Shown one piece after another: positions 17,456 to 20,000 of a stretch of 20,000 bases of DNA. The notes beneath the pieces were generated by a model, which searched no databases, had not been told where the DNA came from, and saw only the letters and a program-made list of their open reading frames with translations. The translations under genes and the position numbers were made by a program. This DNA is from an uncultured virus (IMG/VR IMGVR_UViG_3300013426_000032) (lineage: Duplodnaviria; Heunggongvirae; Uroviricota; Caudoviricetes), in IMG/VR virus record IMGVR_UViG_3300013426_000032; one strand, 5' to 3'. Every line of letters starts with the position of its first letter. Position 1 is the stretch's first letter.

Positions 17456-17522
17456 TGTAATTCATGAGATTTCATTACTATATTATATCTGTGAATAAGA
17501 TGTAAAATGGTTTATGTCTTAT
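17456..17522 (+). promoter_or_regulatory. Early-type promoter plus 5' leader hairpin (copy 2)
   Basis: TTCA-N17-TGAA at 17471-17495; hairpin 17495-17522; near-duplicate of 5874-5940. Confidence 0.7.
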
Positions 17523-17552
17523 ATCTTTTTATATTATACAGGGGGTTTTAAA

Positions 17553-17735
17553 ATGAAAGAAAAAAAATACATGGAAAGCATATATGAAGAAATAGCAATG
17601 GAAACAATATACCACAAAGAAGAAATCGTGGCTCTAGAAAAATTTGGAAGATTTTCAACAACTACAGAAGCCAAAACTAAAGCTTTAGAATTAGAATTAG
17701 AAATACTTGCCATGTTGCGTGGTGAAGAATTTTAA
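17553..17735 (+). CDS. Small hypothetical protein (60 aa, early)
   Basis: AGGGGG RBS at 17540-17545 supports ATG17553 rather than 17514. Confidence 0.7.
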   Translation: MKEKKYMESIYEEIAMETIYHKEEIVALEKFGRFSTTTEAKTKALELELEILAMLRGEEF

Positions 17736-17747
17736 TTTAGTTTTGAG

Positions 17748-17778
17748 AGGTAGGACTTTACATCCTGCCTTATTTTTT
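17748..17778 (+). terminator. Intrinsic terminator
   Basis: AGGTAGGA-ctttaca-TCCTGCCT plus TATTTTTT. Confidence 0.7.
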
Positions 17779-17825
17779 CTATGTTCCTTGTTATTTTTTA
17801 TATGAATATATACATACTAATAAAA

Positions 17826-17869
17826 TGAAAAACATACATATTTCAATTATATATTATATAATTGAAATA
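17826..17869 (+). promoter_or_regulatory. Early-type promoter containing a perfect 15-1-15 palindrome
   Basis: TGAAAAACA then TATTTCAATTATATA-T-TATATAATTGAAATA (17839-17869). Confidence 0.75.
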
Positions 17870-17889
17870 AAATTATTGGAGGTAATATT

Positions 17890-18498
17890 ATGTTATATTT
17901 AAACAAAAAATTTGAAGTTGTGGAAAGAGAAATGAAATGGGGAAAATTAGAATGTGTTGAATTGGGTGAAGAAGGTAGAGGAAGAAAATTATTCGCATTA
18001 CCAGTTCCTAAAAGACTTTTAGAAAGAGAAAACCCAAATAGAAGATATTTTAAAGAAGGAAAACATTCTGATCTAACAATAGGTTTATCAAAATCAGGAA
18101 AACCAAGAATTAACTATAATATTAATGAAAATGTTGAACCATTTATATATGTAATAATAGATTCTTATAAAGGATATACTAGAAGGGGTTGTGGTTCTAT
18201 CTCTATTTTACTAGGTGATGATATTGAAGAATTGGCATATGGTAATGGAGCAGATGGGGATGCTGGACGTATTGGTGATTGGGATGTAAAATTATTAAAA
18301 ATACCAAATGATGGAAAATTAAGAATAATAAAATGCATTTATTCAGGAAGACGTTATAGAGATGATGAACACGAATATACGTTATTCTTCTGTAAAGGAG
18401 AAGAAGTGGATGAAGTGTGGAATGGAGAAATAGATGATTATATAGATATTAAAGGAATTGATTTAGAAGATGAAATTATCGATATGATAAAGAAATAA
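17890..18498 (+). CDS. Hypothetical phage protein (Gly/Arg-motif rich, early)
   Basis: GGAGG RBS; motifs LGEEGRGRK, GYTRRG, GNGADGDAGRIGDWD; function unknown. Confidence 0.8.
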   Translation: MLYLNKKFEVVEREMKWGKLECVELGEEGRGRKLFALPVPKRLLERENPNRRYFKEGKHSDLTIGLSKSGKPRINYNINENVEPFIYVIIDSYKGYTRRGCGSISILLGDDIEELAYGNGADGDAGRIGDWDVKLLKIPNDGKLRIIKCIYSGRRYRDDEHEYTLFFCKGEEVDEVWNGEIDDYIDIKGIDLEDEIIDMIKK

Positions 18499-18504
18499 TA
18501 TAAG

Positions 18505-18542
18505 ATATAAGCCTAGTTTTTACTAGGCTTATATTTTTTTTT
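18505..18542 (+). terminator. Intrinsic terminator
   Basis: ATATAAGCCTAGT-tttt-ACTAGGCTTATAT plus T-run. Confidence 0.85.
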
Positions 18543-18568
18543 ATAAATTAAAATTTCATTAGATATCT

Positions 18569-18580
18569 AACAAATTTGTA
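18569..18580 (+). promoter_or_regulatory. Late-type promoter AACA-N6-TA (no immediate ORF)
   Basis: AACA-aatttg-TA just after a terminator, the same placement as other late sites. Confidence 0.45.
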
Positions 18581-18638
18581 ATAAAAAAAAGAGTAATATT
18601 TATAATTTGAATCTTAATTAATTTAAGATTTCTTTTTG

Positions 18639-18690
18639 TATGTTCCTCATGAAAAACATGTAAGTTTCAATTATATATTATATAATTGAA
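18639..18690 (+). promoter_or_regulatory. Early-type promoter containing a perfect 12-1-12 palindrome
   Basis: TATGTTCCT, TGAAAAACA, then TTCAATTATATA-T-TATATAATTGAA (18666-18690). Confidence 0.75.
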
Positions 18691-18716
18691 TAAAATTAAT
18701 AAGGGGGTAATTGTAT

Positions 18717-19835
18717 ATGAAATTTAATGAGTATGTGAATCAAGAGGAAAAAAGAAAAATCAACAGAAAATCAGGAGATATTAATAAAAATCAACAAAAC
18801 GCATTTATAAAAGCATTGAAAGCTATACCAAGTTTAGCTTTCACTTTAGTTAAGAAAACGTTCAAAATATTTGCTAAATTATTTAAAATGGGATTCATGA
18901 TAATAAAATGGATAATAAATGAATTATTAGAATGCCTTATGTTGTTGAATCAAATAATGACTACGTTTTCAGAAAGAAAACAAAAGATGGTCATAGGTAT
19001 TGTATTATCATTAATATTGTTATTAACAGGATGTATTATTTATACTAGACATCAAAATGGAGTATTACACGATAATATTGCATCTATGCAACAATCAATA
19101 GAAACAGGGGAAACTAAACAAGTTGAAAATAAAACAGTAAAAAAAGACAATAAAAAAGCATCAAAAACTATACAAGCTGCTTCTGCTGAACAAACTTACG
19201 GTGACGTTTATTTTAATAATAGAGTTAACGGAAAATCTGATTATTATGGTAAAGGATATGTTAGATATGAAGAAAACGGGGAAATCAATGTAAGTGTATG
19301 TAACACTTATGGATTAGGAGAATTTACAGATTCACCTAAATCTGGTTTGCGTTATGTAAAAAATGTAACAGATTATTTTAAACAAGTAGATCCTGAATTT
19401 TATCAAAAATATTTTGGTAATGTCAATGGTCCTGGGACTACAACTTTTACTACTGGTTGGCAAACTGCAGCTAGACAAGATGAAGATAAAATGAAAAATT
19501 ATCAATTCCAATATCTTTATATAACTTATGTAGAAAATACAATGAAAGATTTAAAATCTAAATATGGAATAGATATGAATAATAAAGCAATGAAAGAATT
19601 GATATTTGCATCTTCTGTACAATATGGTTATAAAGGTACTATGTATATATTTGAACAAGCAGGTATTGAAAAAGGAATGACAACTAAAGAAATTATAACT
19701 AAAGTAGAAAATGAAAAAATTGATAGTATTAATAATTACACATACACTGATGGTTATAAATATGATGATCAAGATAGAGAAAAAATAAAAAATCAAATAA
19801 ATAATGAAAAAGAACAAATTTTAAATTTAATATAG
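18717..19835 (+). CDS. Membrane-anchored protein with a putative VgrG3-like lysozyme-fold peptidoglycan hydrolase domain
   Basis: TM segment MVIGIVLSLILLLTGCIIY. C-domain RYEE..YG..F...PG...F...W...Q..Y...Y...A..E.I...SVQYG follows the T6SS VgrG3 C-terminal muramidase pattern. RBS spacing favours ATG18717. Confidence 0.6.
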   Translation: MKFNEYVNQEEKRKINRKSGDINKNQQNAFIKALKAIPSLAFTLVKKTFKIFAKLFKMGFMIIKWIINELLECLMLLNQIMTTFSERKQKMVIGIVLSLILLLTGCIIYTRHQNGVLHDNIASMQQSIETGETKQVENKTVKKDNKKASKTIQAASAEQTYGDVYFNNRVNGKSDYYGKGYVRYEENGEINVSVCNTYGLGEFTDSPKSGLRYVKNVTDYFKQVDPEFYQKYFGNVNGPGTTTFTTGWQTAARQDEDKMKNYQFQYLYITYVENTMKDLKSKYGIDMNNKAMKELIFASSVQYGYKGTMYIFEQAGIEKGMTTKEIITKVENEKIDSINNYTYTDGYKYDDQDREKIKNQINNEKEQILNLI

Positions 19836-19847
19836 GGGGTAAAGTGT

Positions 19848-20000
19848 ATGAATAAAAAAATAGAAAATATGTTTGAAAGAGAAAATATGGAACGTGAAGC
19901 TAGAGCAAGATTAAAAGAAAAACAAAATGCGTTCATCAATAATAGTAAAAAAATGGTAGTTGTTGGGGCAACTACTTTAGTATTAGCAGGAGCATTAAGA
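19848..20000 (+). CDS. Partial CDS (3'-truncated), likely membrane-anchored/secreted
   Basis: AGGGGGT RBS; MNKKIENMFERENMEREARARLKEKQNAFINNSKKMVVVGATTLVLAGALR, open to the window end. Confidence 0.75.
   Translation, partial: MNKKIENMFERENMEREARARLKEKQNAFINNSKKMVVVGATTLVLAGALR

Noticed and set aside
17553..17735. YMES/AME/ALE motifs as a head-packaging leader in the 60-aa protein
   Set aside because: The gene has an early-type promoter and the protein is generally Glu-rich, so the match is likely chance.
847..19817. Minus-strand ORFs (847-1185, 4070-4273, 4279-4494, 5985-6173, 13415-13645, 19551-19817) and + strand 4310-4516
   Set aside because: All lie within well-supported + strand genes and have shadow-ORF composition.
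1..20000. Stop-codon reassignment
   Set aside because: Genes tile densely under the standard code, and TAA, TAG and TGA ends are followed by RBSs or terminators.
1..20000. tRNA or rRNA genes
   Set aside because: No intergenic stretch has a cloverleaf or the GC-rich structure expected.

Overview
Very AT-rich, gene-dense window with all credible genes on the + strand. It reads as a segment of a jumbo bacteriophage of the AR9/PBS1-like (phiKZ-related) type, probably infecting a low-GC Firmicute, judging by the strong GGAGG Shine-Dalgarno sites. It encodes two separate beta' RNA polymerase fragments. One is an F-loop/bridge-helix/Zn/trigger-loop piece in a late structural operon (likely virion RNAP). 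The other is an N-terminal piece with the Zn ribbon and catalytic NADYDGD under an early-type promoter (likely non-virion RNAP). Other genes encode baseplate/tail proteins, a repeat-rich fibre, Nudix, HD and GNAT enzymes, and a membrane-anchored VgrG3-like muramidase candidate. Two promoter classes can be read directly from the DNA: seven early-type TTCA-N17-TGAA boxes with a TATATTAT core (two are perfect palindromes), and seven late-type AACA-N6-TA sites matching the AR9 uracil-dependent late promoter. The most interesting system is a family of late proteins with a shared cleavable-looking N-terminal leader (I/L-x-ES..YF) and a swappable cargo slot. The same leader appears on a GNAT acetyltransferase and perhaps the Nudix, suggesting a modular capsid-packaging/injection system. 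All family assignments come from motif recognition, not database searches.
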